Shown here piece after piece: positions 18,501 through 27,402 of a stretch of DNA of 64,000 nucleotides. Numbering within the stretch: position 1 is the first letter of the stretch; each line of letters begins with the position of its first letter. Origin of the DNA: an uncultured virus (IMG/VR IMGVR_UViG_3300021961_008224) (lineage: Duplodnaviria > Heunggongvirae > Uroviricota > Caudoviricetes); the IMG/VR virus record IMGVR_UViG_3300021961_008224, one strand, 5' to 3'. A program made the translations under genes and the position numbers. The notes beneath the pieces were generated by a model. That model saw only the letters and a program-made list of their open reading frames with translations. It was not told the origin of the DNA and did no database searches.

Positions 18501-20312
18501 ATGGGAGCATTATTAGAATCAGGTCTTGTTGGTAACATTGGGTTAAAACACCTAAAAGTTATCAAAGAAGATACAATCAACAAATGGGATAAATTAGGAT
18601 TCCTAGAAGGCCTTAAAGGTCACCTAAAAGAGAACGTAGCTCAGTTATATGAAAACCAAGCTTCTTTCTTAATCAACGAAGCGTCTTCAACGGATTCATC
18701 AGGTTCTTTCGAAACTGTTGTATTCCCAATCGTTAGACGTGTATTCTCTAAATTATTAGCGAATGATATCGTTTCTGTACAAGCGATGAACTTACCAATC
18801 GGTAAATTATTCTACTTCGTACCTAAAATTCAAGGTTACACAGGTGGAACTGCGAATCAATCAGGTGAGCACTACGCTCCAATTGGTTCTCCAGGAAACT
18901 ACCCAGGTAATCAAAACGCTGGTTACACAGGTTCAGGGGCTTATGCTAAAAACCTTTACGATTTATTCTACGAAGGTGCAGAACCAACTTTAAATCCTGC
19001 AGGTCTTTTTGATTATTCAAAAGGTCAATGGTCAGCAATCACTGCTACAACAACTGTACAAGTATGGTCTGACGGAGCATTAGTTGACGCTACAACTCAA
19101 TTTGACGGTAAAAACGTTAGAAAAATGATTGTTAAAATGTGTGGTTTCTACGATAATGGTGTAGGTAAATTAATGGGTCCTGACGGGTCTGAAGTTGATA
19201 CTGAAACTTTCTTATCTGACTTACATATCATTGCAGGTACAGGTTTAACTGCGGTATCAGGATGTACTGATACAACGGCATCGGCTTTACCTTTCAGAGT
19301 TGTTACTCAACAATATGGTAAAGGTATCGTTGCACCAACATCAACTGCAACTCCAACAGTATTCCCTAACGGAAACGGTGGAACTTACGATAGTATCTGT
19401 TCTCAAGACGGATGTATCTATTTAGAAGTTGACTTACAATGTCCAGTATGTGCTACTTGTGGAGCTGACTCTTTAGATGGTTATACAGGTACTACAATTA
19501 CTGAAGCAGTTGCTGGTACTTCATTCATCGCTGTTTTCAGACGTTATGAAGAATTAGAATTTGAAGATAAAATCGGTGAGGTTTCTTTCGACTTAGAATC
19601 TGTTACAGTTTCTGTCACTGAAAGAAAATTAAGAGCACAATGGTCTCCTGAGTTAGCTCAAGACGTTGCGGCTTTCCACAACATCGATGCTGAAGCTGAA
19701 TTAACGGCTTTATTATCTGAACAAGTTGCGGCTGAGATTGACCGTGAAATTTTACGTGACTTACGTAAAGGTGCTGCTTGGTCTTTACGTTGGGACTACA
19801 ACGGATGGAAGAGATTATCTCAAACTACATCTTACACACAAAAAGATTGGAACCAAACTTTGATTACTGCAATCAACCAAGTTTCGGCTCAAATCCACAA
19901 ATCAACATTAAGAGGTGGGGCTAACTGGATTGTTGTTTCTTCTGAGATTTCAGCTATCTTCGACGACTTAGAATACTTCCACGTATCTAACGCGGCTCCA
20001 GACCAAGACCAATACAATATGGGTATTGAAAGAGTTGGTACTTTAGCAGGTCGTTACCAAGTTTACCGTGACCCTTACTTCCCAGCTAACACAGTGTTAA
20101 TGGGACACAAAGGAACATCATTGTTAGACACAGGTTACATCTACGCACCGTACGTACCTCTACAATTAACTCCTACAATGTACAATCCATTTAACTTCAC
20201 ACCTATCAAAGGTATTATGACAAGATACGCTAAGAAAATGGTTAACAACCGTTTCTATGGTAAAATCACTGTCGATGGAGTTAGAACATTTGACTTACAA
20301 GAGTTAAGATAA
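18501..20312 (+). CDS. major capsid protein (T4 gp23-like)
   Basis: VSVQAMNLP, RKLRAQWSPELAQD...H..DAEAEL, EIDREI, YAPYVPL and GIMTRYA motifs. Confidence 0.95.
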   Translation: MGALLESGLVGNIGLKHLKVIKEDTINKWDKLGFLEGLKGHLKENVAQLYENQASFLINEASSTDSSGSFETVVFPIVRRVFSKLLANDIVSVQAMNLPIGKLFYFVPKIQGYTGGTANQSGEHYAPIGSPGNYPGNQNAGYTGSGAYAKNLYDLFYEGAEPTLNPAGLFDYSKGQWSAITATTTVQVWSDGALVDATTQFDGKNVRKMIVKMCGFYDNGVGKLMGPDGSEVDTETFLSDLHIIAGTGLTAVSGCTDTTASALPFRVVTQQYGKGIVAPTSTATPTVFPNGNGGTYDSICSQDGCIYLEVDLQCPVCATCGADSLDGYTGTTITEAVAGTSFIAVFRRYEELEFEDKIGEVSFDLESVTVSVTERKLRAQWSPELAQDVAAFHNIDAEAELTALLSEQVAAEIDREILRDLRKGAAWSLRWDYNGWKRLSQTTSYTQKDWNQTLITAINQVSAQIHKSTLRGGANWIVVSSEISAIFDDLEYFHVSNAAPDQDQYNMGIERVGTLAGRYQVYRDPYFPANTVLMGHKGTSLLDTGYIYAPYVPLQLTPTMYNPFNFTPIKGIMTRYAKKMVNNRFYGKITVDGVRTFDLQELR

Positions 20313-20333
20313 TCATTATCTTGATTAATACTG

Positions 20334-20363
20334 AAAAGGGAACCATAATGGTTCCCTTTTTTT
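20334..20363 (+). terminator. intrinsic terminator after major capsid gene
   Basis: AAAAGGGAACCAT-A-ATGGTTCCCTTTTTTT inverted repeat. Confidence 0.9.
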
Positions 20364-20395
20364 ATTTTTAAACTATTTATTAATAAAAAAAACAT

Positions 20396-22000
20396 ATGTG
20401 TAACTCGTGTAAAAAAAATACAATAATAACTGAAGAAGAAAGATTAAACATATTACGTCAATATAGTTTAATTCAGGAACAGGAAAAAAATAATTTATTT
20501 GAACAAGTAACAGTCCCAAAAGGATTTACTGAGGACTCTAATGGTAGATTTGTTAGTCCATTTATCACTAACTTATATGCACCAGGGTGGTATACCCTTA
20601 ATGACCACGAATGGAGAGGTAAAACATATTCAAATAAACCTAAATTAGACCCTTATATAATAGCCGCAAAAGAATATTTAAAAACTAATAAAGGTTTGAT
20701 ACCTAGAATTTATATAGATGCAGGTGAATCCATAATACCTAACTTTGATAATGAAGGTAAGTTAACAGGAAGTTCATTAAAAGAGGAAGAGTTATCTAAC
20801 GCAAGAGCAAAAAATATACAAGCTTATTTCACAAAACAAATACAGGACTTAATTGATGGTAAATTTATATCAAGAAAACCTGATGAAGTTAAGGTTACAA
20901 CAATTATTGGTAAAACTCAAAAAACAGAACCTTCAGGTGGATGGGCGGATTATCAAAAATGGGTTAAAGCGGGTGCAGACCCAGCGGTAAATCCTGAATA
21001 TGCGAAACTAAAAGCGGGTTACGATGCAGACCAATTCACTAAGGTACGTTTTATTATTGAACCTGATTTAGGTGAAAATCAATGTTTATTTAATTTAAAA
21101 ATTAAAATTAATTATGATATGGATGCCAAACACACTTGTAATGCTGCGTTATTTGAAGTTACCGCGAATGGTACTCGAATAACAACACAAGCTGGTGGGG
21201 ATTGTAATATGAATAATAAAGGGGGAAATAAAACGTTAGACCCTATAGGGTATGCAGATGACAAAAAAATTGGTGGTTTTAGATACAATACATTAATTTT
21301 AAAAGACAAACCAACTATCGATAAGATAATTGCCGCAAGTCCAAAAAAAGAGATTTCAATAAGGTTAAGATGTTTAACACCTCCTGGTGAAGATAGAGAT
21401 TGGGGTCCAGGTAAATGTCATACCTCAGTACCTCACGTTAGTGTTTTAAATAGTGATGGACAAGTGGTTGTAGAACCTTTTTTCCCAAACGTTTCTGAAG
21501 GTGAAATATGTGTTTTAGATAAGTGTGGTAAATTACTTAGAGGTGGAGGAGGTTCCTCGTCAGGAACAGGAGATAAAACAACTATTACGGCAGTTGACGT
21601 ACCAACAGTATATACAGGTTCATCACAGGATTATGCAAATGCTTTGATTAAGAGTAAAACAATACAATTAAACGCAGATAAAAAGTCATACGCGGTATTA
21701 TTAGATTTTAAATCAGGTAAGGACGGTACTCAACAAATTAAAAAAGGTAGTAACATTACATTTAACCAAAAAGTTGCGAAATCTACAACTACTACAACTA
21801 AAGTTGTGGTACCAACAGGTACAACACCAATCACAGTTAAAGTTGATAAAGGTGATACTGTAGCTGCGTATGGTAAAAGAATCGTCGATAATAAAAATGC
21901 GGTATTAACTACAACCCCTGACGTGTATAAAATAATAAAACAGTTAATTACTAATACTAAATCGTATAATGTTGGTCAGTTTATTAAACTAGTCCCTTAA
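20396..22000 (+). CDS. hypothetical late protein with an OmpA-C-like motif
   Basis: LSNARAKNI resembles the OmpA LSxxRAxxV motif; Cys-rich middle; N-terminal ITEEER...LIQE segment; TATTTAT at 20374-20380. Confidence 0.6.
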   Translation: MCNSCKKNTIITEEERLNILRQYSLIQEQEKNNLFEQVTVPKGFTEDSNGRFVSPFITNLYAPGWYTLNDHEWRGKTYSNKPKLDPYIIAAKEYLKTNKGLIPRIYIDAGESIIPNFDNEGKLTGSSLKEEELSNARAKNIQAYFTKQIQDLIDGKFISRKPDEVKVTTIIGKTQKTEPSGGWADYQKWVKAGADPAVNPEYAKLKAGYDADQFTKVRFIIEPDLGENQCLFNLKIKINYDMDAKHTCNAALFEVTANGTRITTQAGGDCNMNNKGGNKTLDPIGYADDKKIGGFRYNTLILKDKPTIDKIIAASPKKEISIRLRCLTPPGEDRDWGPGKCHTSVPHVSVLNSDGQVVVEPFFPNVSEGEICVLDKCGKLLRGGGGSSSGTGDKTTITAVDVPTVYTGSSQDYANALIKSKTIQLNADKKSYAVLLDFKSGKDGTQQIKKGSNITFNQKVAKSTTTTTKVVVPTGTTPITVKVDKGDTVAAYGKRIVDNKNAVLTTTPDVYKIIKQLITNTKSYNVGQFIKLVP

Positions 22001-22394
22001 TTTGGTTATCCAATGAGTCAATAACCATTTTACCTGTTTTGTAATTTGTTGCTAATGGTACGTCGTGAACGTTACAGATTCTTAGTAACATATTAACATC
22101 TACTTGATGTGGGTGTGCTTCTAATGGGTCAATAAAGAATATGACGGCATCTATTTGATTTTTAGTAATCATTGAGGCTATTTGAGCGTCACCACCCATA
22201 GGTCCACTTAACATTGTATGTACATTAGTTAATCCTGCGTGGATTAAATGTTTACCTGTAGTTCCCGTAGCAATGACATCGACATTATTTGACTTGAAGA
22301 ACTCAAGACGTTTCATTGCAAAAGAAACCATATCCGCCTTCTTACCATCGTGGGCAATCATCGCGATTTTAATTGTTTTCTTCAGTAGTTGCAT
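21984..22394 (-). CDS. mgsA: methylglyoxal synthase
   Basis: IAHDGKK, ATGTTG, SGPMGGDAQI, FFIDPL..HPH..DV and PLATN motifs are all intact. Confidence 0.93.
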   Translation of the reverse strand: MQLLKKTIKIAMIAHDGKKADMVSFAMKRLEFFKSNNVDVIATGTTGKHLIHAGLTNVHTMLSGPMGGDAQIASMITKNQIDAVIFFIDPLEAHPHQVDVNMLLRICNVHDVPLATNYKTGKMVIDSLDNQIKGLV

Positions 22395-22629
22395 TTTCAG
22401 TTTTATTTAATTTTGAAATTTTTCTAATAGACCTTGAAATAACCTCGGCTTCTGCGATTGTAAAGGCGTTTCTTTGGTACGCGGCTTGCACCCCCTGAAC
22501 AATACAATATAAAGCTTGTTCGTGATTAATACCCGATATGAACTTCTCTAAATCCTCAATACTGTAATAATTAATAGTATTGAATAAAGAACCTATAGGT
22601 TGATTTTGATTTAACTCAACGTTTTCCAT
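22369..22629 (-). CDS. hypothetical protein
   Basis: 86-aa ORF overlapping the mgsA start. Confidence 0.65.
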   Translation of the reverse strand: MENVELNQNQPIGSLFNTINYYSIEDLEKFISGINHEQALYCIVQGVQAAYQRNAFTIAEAEVISRSIRKISKLNKTENATTEENN

Positions 22630-22671
22630 TTGATTGATATTTATTGATAATAGTAATAAAAAAAATTGTAA

Positions 22672-23391
22672 ATGTATAGAGACAGATTAGAGGAAAATGT
22701 TAGAGATTGGTATTATAAGAAACCAATTAGTGAAGCCACGGGTGATTCTAGTGGGAGTAGAGGGTCGTATATTGGTCCTTTAGTACCTGGTGTTAGAAAA
22801 TTCGATAAGACTTCCTTAGAACCTTTTACAACACCTGTTTCAAAATATAACAATGCAATGTTAGAGTACGATAGTTATGATGGGTCTATGGACGAACCAA
22901 AAAACAAAATTAAGAAAATTGAATCTCTTTCAAACAGAATTTCAAATTATCTGAAAAAACACCCCAATCTAACTACAAGTGATGAAGACGGTAATAACAT
23001 TAATCCAACACCTGGTCTAAAATTAAAAACTGTTCCGATTAAAGAAGGGGATACTTCAGTTACTGCGGGTATATATAATGGACCTATAGAACTTGGTTTA
23101 AAAAAATGGAAAAAGGAACACTTAGGACCGTTTGAAGAATTTGTTGACACCGAATTTAATCACAAGAAAAAACAAAAAACTTTAAAAAATAACATTAAAC
23201 GTACTGTTGGCGTTTGGGAGAAAAATCCTAAGGACGGTTATGAGATGGATGGATATGATGTTCATACTGTTAATGAATGGGTTGAAATTACCGAATCGAC
23301 AACTATGAAGGATTTAGGGTATTCCAATAAGAACCAACAATTATATGAAGATTTATATATTAGATTATCTAAAAAATTGAAAGGGATTTAA
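22672..23391 (+). CDS. hypothetical late protein with an internal duplication
   Basis: PISE..GSYIGPL..G.RKFDK..LEPF is similar to PIKE..GIYNGPI..G.KKWKK..LGPF; TATTTAT at 22638-22644. Confidence 0.7.
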   Translation: MYRDRLEENVRDWYYKKPISEATGDSSGSRGSYIGPLVPGVRKFDKTSLEPFTTPVSKYNNAMLEYDSYDGSMDEPKNKIKKIESLSNRISNYLKKHPNLTTSDEDGNNINPTPGLKLKTVPIKEGDTSVTAGIYNGPIELGLKKWKKEHLGPFEEFVDTEFNHKKKQKTLKNNIKRTVGVWEKNPKDGYEMDGYDVHTVNEWVEITESTTMKDLGYSNKNQQLYEDLYIRLSKKLKGI

Positions 23392-23838
23392 CCTAGATAT
23401 TAATTTTAATGGTCTTACCATTAACGTTATAAATAAAAGATGAGTGAATGGGTGTTTAACGTTTAATATTTTTCTAACTTTAATTTCATAATCACCACCA
23501 AAGTGTTTTTTTAATATTAAGTATCTATGATGACCATCACCGATAAGGTTATCTGATGTTACTGTTATCATTCCTTTAGTATAATCAAAACCATTTTCTA
23601 AAATATCCACCTCTATTCTTTTATGTCTTTTAGTCATTGTAGTAGTATTTCGTTGTAGTTTTAAATCGGATAATTTAATAGTTTCCTCACTAACTTTATA
23701 ACACCATAAATTAAAACAAGACATTCCAGAGATTGTTTCATAATAGTTATAATAATCCTCATCAATAACCATAGGGGTTGATAAGTCTCTTTTATTTTTT
23801 AAAACAATTTTAAGTATGTCAATATTACTTAAAGACAT
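23365..23838 (-). CDS. ParB/sulfiredoxin-like N-domain protein (paralog 1)
   Basis: I..NGFD....I.V.....I.DGHHR motif. Confidence 0.7.
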   Translation of the reverse strand: MSLSNIDILKIVLKNKRDLSTPMVIDEDYYNYYETISGMSCFNLWCYKVSEETIKLSDLKLQRNTTTMTKRHKRIEVDILENGFDYTKGMITVTSDNLIGDGHHRYLILKKHFGGDYEIKVRKILNVKHPFTHLLFITLMVRPLKLISRLNPFQFFR

Positions 23839-24274
23839 TAATTAATGATTTAAACAATAAGTTTATAAATTTAAGAGGTACTATATATAGTAAATAAAAA
23901 TATAGACTAACTAACATCTCATCACTGTATAAGTTAGTTAATCTTTTAACCATTATTTTACTTTCTGGATGGTAATTTTCAGATAATGATATGAATCTAT
24001 GATAACCATCGACGATATCACCGTCATTGGTTAATACAATATGACCTTTATTATAATCATACCCTGAGGACTTAATTTCCTCTCTCATACGATTTTGTTT
24101 ATCGGTCCAAAATAATTTACGTTTCTTAGGTTCTATGTTTGATATTGATATGACTTCGTCAGTACATTTATAACACCAAAAATCATTACATAATATACCT
24201 TCAGATGGAGAATACCAATCTTTATCATCTGGTAACCTATTTAAAACTTCTTTATATATCTCCGCTTTTGTCAT
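23825..24274 (-). CDS. ParB/sulfiredoxin-like N-domain protein (paralog 2)
   Basis: IVDGYHR motif; shares CxxxWCYK and G[FY]DYxKG with its neighbour. Confidence 0.7.
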   Translation of the reverse strand: MTKAEIYKEVLNRLPDDKDWYSPSEGILCNDFWCYKCTDEVISISNIEPKKRKLFWTDKQNRMREEIKSSGYDYNKGHIVLTNDGDIVDGYHRFISLSENYHPESKIMVKRLTNLYSDEMLVSLYFYLLYIVPLKFINLLFKSLINVFK

Positions 24275-24749
24275 TTTTTAAATCTTCACTAATCAAATTT
24301 AAATTATCTAATGTCCTTTTATCGTATTTTTCTTCCATTTGTTTTCTACGAACCTCAACATTACGGTAAAAGATATCCTTAAGTTTGTCAATATGACTAC
24401 TAGGTAACCATACATAATAGGAGTATTTACCGTTTGTGATTGTAACCGCCGAGTCCCCAAACCTAATAAAATAATGCCTCCATTCAATATAACATATACT
24501 TGAAATGGGTGCAATTAATAATGTCGCGTCTTTTTTTGTTATCATTTGACGAACATTAAATATTGTTCGTATTTGAATCTCGTCAAGACCTTTATAGTTA
24601 GCGTCCTCTAAATTTCCTGAAATTTTTTTAAAAATTTTTCTAAGAAATACTCTAAATCTTCTTCTTTCTCTTTTTGTCAGCAGTAACATTTCATTATGTG
24701 TATTTGTATTTGATAATTGAAGTATATGACTTTTTTTCCGATAAAACAA
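24252..24749 (-). CDS. hypothetical protein (start uncertain)
   Basis: Open frame; a downstream ATG may be the true start. Confidence 0.6.
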   Translation of the reverse strand: MFYRKKSHILQLSNTNTHNEMLLLTKRERRRFRVFLRKIFKKISGNLEDANYKGLDEIQIRTIFNVRQMITKKDATLLIAPISSICYIEWRHYFIRFGDSAVTITNGKYSYYVWLPSSHIDKLKDIFYRNVEVRRKQMEEKYDKRTLDNLNLISEDLKNDKSGDI

Positions 24750-24826
24750 TATTTTAAAAAATATATTTTGAAAACGTTGATTAACCTAAAATATGTTCGT
24801 ATACTTAACTAAATAAAAAACATACT

Positions 24827-25276
24827 ATGCAAAAAATTAAAAACGGAGACACTGTTAGTGTAAACTATACAGGGAAATTAGAAGATGGTACCGTATTCGA
24901 TACTTCATTAGCTGAAGGGAGACAACCATTAAATGCCAAATTAGGTCAAGGTCAGTTAATCCCTGGTTTTGAAAAAGGATTAATTGATATGTCGGTAGGT
25001 GAAACTAAGACTGTTGAAATTGAACATACTGAAGCATACGGAGAAGTTATTAAAGAAATGATTATCGAAGTTGCCAAAAACCAAGTTCCTGAAAACATTG
25101 AGGTTGGTCATATGTTACAAGGTAGCGGTCCTATGGGTCCTGTCAATGTAAAAGTCGTTGAGATTAAAGAAGATACTGTTGTAATTGATGGAAATCATCC
25201 ATTGGCAGGAAAAAAATTAATCTTTGATTTAGAAGTTGTAGGTATTGAACCTTCAACAGAAACCGAATCTAACTAA
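24827..25276 (+). CDS. FKBP-type peptidyl-prolyl isomerase (SlyD/FkpB-like, with insert-in-flap domain)
   Basis: YTGKLEDGTVFD, GQLIPGFE, AYG and DGNHPLAGK.L.F motifs; no His-rich tail. Confidence 0.92.
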   Translation: MQKIKNGDTVSVNYTGKLEDGTVFDTSLAEGRQPLNAKLGQGQLIPGFEKGLIDMSVGETKTVEIEHTEAYGEVIKEMIIEVAKNQVPENIEVGHMLQGSGPMGPVNVKVVEIKEDTVVIDGNHPLAGKKLIFDLEVVGIEPSTETESN

Positions 25277-25278
25277 AC

Positions 25279-25307
25279 AAAAAACCCTCATCACTGAGGG
25301 TTTTTTT
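25279..25307. terminator. bidirectional terminator
   Basis: AAAAAACCCTCA-TCAC-TGAGGGTTTTTTT between convergent genes. Confidence 0.88.
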
Positions 25308-25311
25308 ATTT

Positions 25312-25812
25312 TTAACAATATGGTGAGGAACATCTTTTATTCCCTGAAGCATCAGGTTGTTTACCTTTACAAACTTGAACCGCATATCCGTTAGCATATG
25401 CTGATGGATAAACATCAAACTTAGCTTTAGCGGCGGCTTTACCACGTGCACATAATTTAGTACCTGATTTCTTTTTACCTTCACCCATAACTAATATATC
25501 GTTTTTTGGTGCGGTACCTAATTCATCCCCCATCTTATGAAAACTCTTAGTTTCGTTCATTAAGAAATCAAAAACTTGGTCAATTGATTCCTTGGCGGTT
25601 GCTATATGGTCTTGAGCCCAATCGTGACCATTTTCAAGGATTTCCTCAACTTGGTCGTGATTAAGGTCTAATAATAAACCCATTTGTCTTTGGATTTGTT
25701 CAATATTACTGAAAAACATATATCTTTGAGAATGTTGTTCTTCATCCTCTTTAATAACTTTTTGGATTAGTCTATGTAAATCTTTTTCGGTTAGTTTTAC
25801 TACTTTACTCAT
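25312..25812 (-). CDS. hypothetical late protein
   Basis: N-terminal KLTEKDLHRLIQKVIKE; C-terminal Cys-containing YPSAYANG domain. Confidence 0.75.
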   Translation of the reverse strand: MSKVVKLTEKDLHRLIQKVIKEDEEQHSQRYMFFSNIEQIQRQMGLLLDLNHDQVEEILENGHDWAQDHIATAKESIDQVFDFLMNETKSFHKMGDELGTAPKNDILVMGEGKKKSGTKLCARGKAAAKAKFDVYPSAYANGYAVQVCKGKQPDASGNKRCSSPYC

Positions 25813-25813
25813 A

Positions 25814-27373
25814 TTATTTTTTATTAACTATTAAAAATTTTATTGTTCTTTTATAAGTATCTACCTCTCCACTACTTTTAACTTTAATGTCGATATAATA
25901 CTCATTAGGTATTTTGTCTCTTGTATCAAAAATGAAATAATATTCATTTGAGGTTCTATTTATTTTTGTCCAATCTTGTACTTGGACTTCAGTCATACCT
26001 TCTCTTACGTAAACTCGATAACTTGCGTCTACATTTTGTAATAATTGTTTGGTTGTGTAGGCCTTTTTAATTACAACACCAACTTTTCTAATATCGGTAT
26101 TCAATATTTTTTCATCCTGTTTTATACCATAAAAATCAAACCCATATAAATCAGGTTCTTTAGATTGAACACCGATTGATACTCTATTTTTATAAGGTTG
26201 TAAAACAAAATCATTTTCAATATCAGGTAATGAATCACCATTATATATAATATTCCCCCATACGTCACTAAATTGACAAGGTGTTGGATAACCACTGATT
26301 GGTGGTATTGTTACTTCATATACCCCTTTAGTTCTTGAACAAGTTGGTAAGTTAATTAATGAAGGTATTACATCCCCATTAGGGTCTAAAATTGTTACGG
26401 TAGGATTTGAATCTAATGTTACTAAGTCACCATCAACATAAGCGAACATATAAAGTTTATTTGTAATTTTTTCTACAAACAAATTTCTATCGTCCTGAAT
26501 TAAATCATTATATGTTGTTAATAAGTATGGTTCATAAAAAGTTTGAGTATGTCTTGTGAAAAAAGACACCGAATAATTCGAAGTTAAACCCGTGATTAAT
26601 TCAAATTCAGGTCTGTAGGCAATTCCCCATCCCGTGACGTTAGTAATGGTACCATTAATAATACCGTTAATCTCGTTAGTCATATCAAAATTAATGTCTT
26701 CATTACCTTTTTCAAAATGTTGTATGTCTACAATTACTAAATCATTATAATTAACATACGTTGAAGTATTAGTATTGGAATACATACCAGGTTCTGACCA
26801 ATAATCTAAATTACTTGTTTCAAACCAATTTGAAGGTCTTTTTGAAAAGGCGTTATCGATTAATGGTTGACTATAGATTGCAACACCAGTTGGTGTATTA
26901 ATAGGTGATTTTGAATTGTTGAAGTCATACCCAACCCCCTCATCCCAATATTGGGGATATGGTGTACATTGTTGTGTGGTAGTTGTTGTAGTTGTTGACG
27001 TACTATTCCCTGTAGGGGTGTGATTATAACAAGTTTGAGGAATTCTAAATAAAATTAAATCAAACGAACTTGCTCGTCTTCTTTCATCAGAGTTATAAGT
27101 GTTTAATAAATCCTCATCAAACCTTATCGTATTTGTCATAGTTAAATTATGTGACATATTATCCACACAATCCAACGTTATTGTCCCATCTAAGATTTTA
27201 TTTAAAAGTGGTTCTAAATTTAAGTTAAAGATAAATCGTGTATACCCAAAAGGCGCGGATGTATCCTTAGCAGACCCAAAATATAAATCAGTTACGGGGT
27301 TTCTACCTGTATTAGCGTACGAATCACTAATGATAGTATTGTTTTTATTAAAATATGACCTATGTGTTGACAT
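25814..27373 (-). CDS. putative virion structural protein with a Thr tract
   Basis: 519 aa, beta-rich, contains WDEGVGYD and STSTTTTTTT; TATTTATA at 27387-27394 (minus). Confidence 0.65.
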   Translation of the reverse strand: MSTHRSYFNKNNTIISDSYANTGRNPVTDLYFGSAKDTSAPFGYTRFIFNLNLEPLLNKILDGTITLDCVDNMSHNLTMTNTIRFDEDLLNTYNSDERRRASSFDLILFRIPQTCYNHTPTGNSTSTTTTTTTQQCTPYPQYWDEGVGYDFNNSKSPINTPTGVAIYSQPLIDNAFSKRPSNWFETSNLDYWSEPGMYSNTNTSTYVNYNDLVIVDIQHFEKGNEDINFDMTNEINGIINGTITNVTGWGIAYRPEFELITGLTSNYSVSFFTRHTQTFYEPYLLTTYNDLIQDDRNLFVEKITNKLYMFAYVDGDLVTLDSNPTVTILDPNGDVIPSLINLPTCSRTKGVYEVTIPPISGYPTPCQFSDVWGNIIYNGDSLPDIENDFVLQPYKNRVSIGVQSKEPDLYGFDFYGIKQDEKILNTDIRKVGVVIKKAYTTKQLLQNVDASYRVYVREGMTEVQVQDWTKINRTSNEYYFIFDTRDKIPNEYYIDIKVKSSGEVDTYKRTIKFLIVNKK

Positions 27374-27402
27374 TAATTCTTTTACCTATAAATATCAAAG
27401 AA

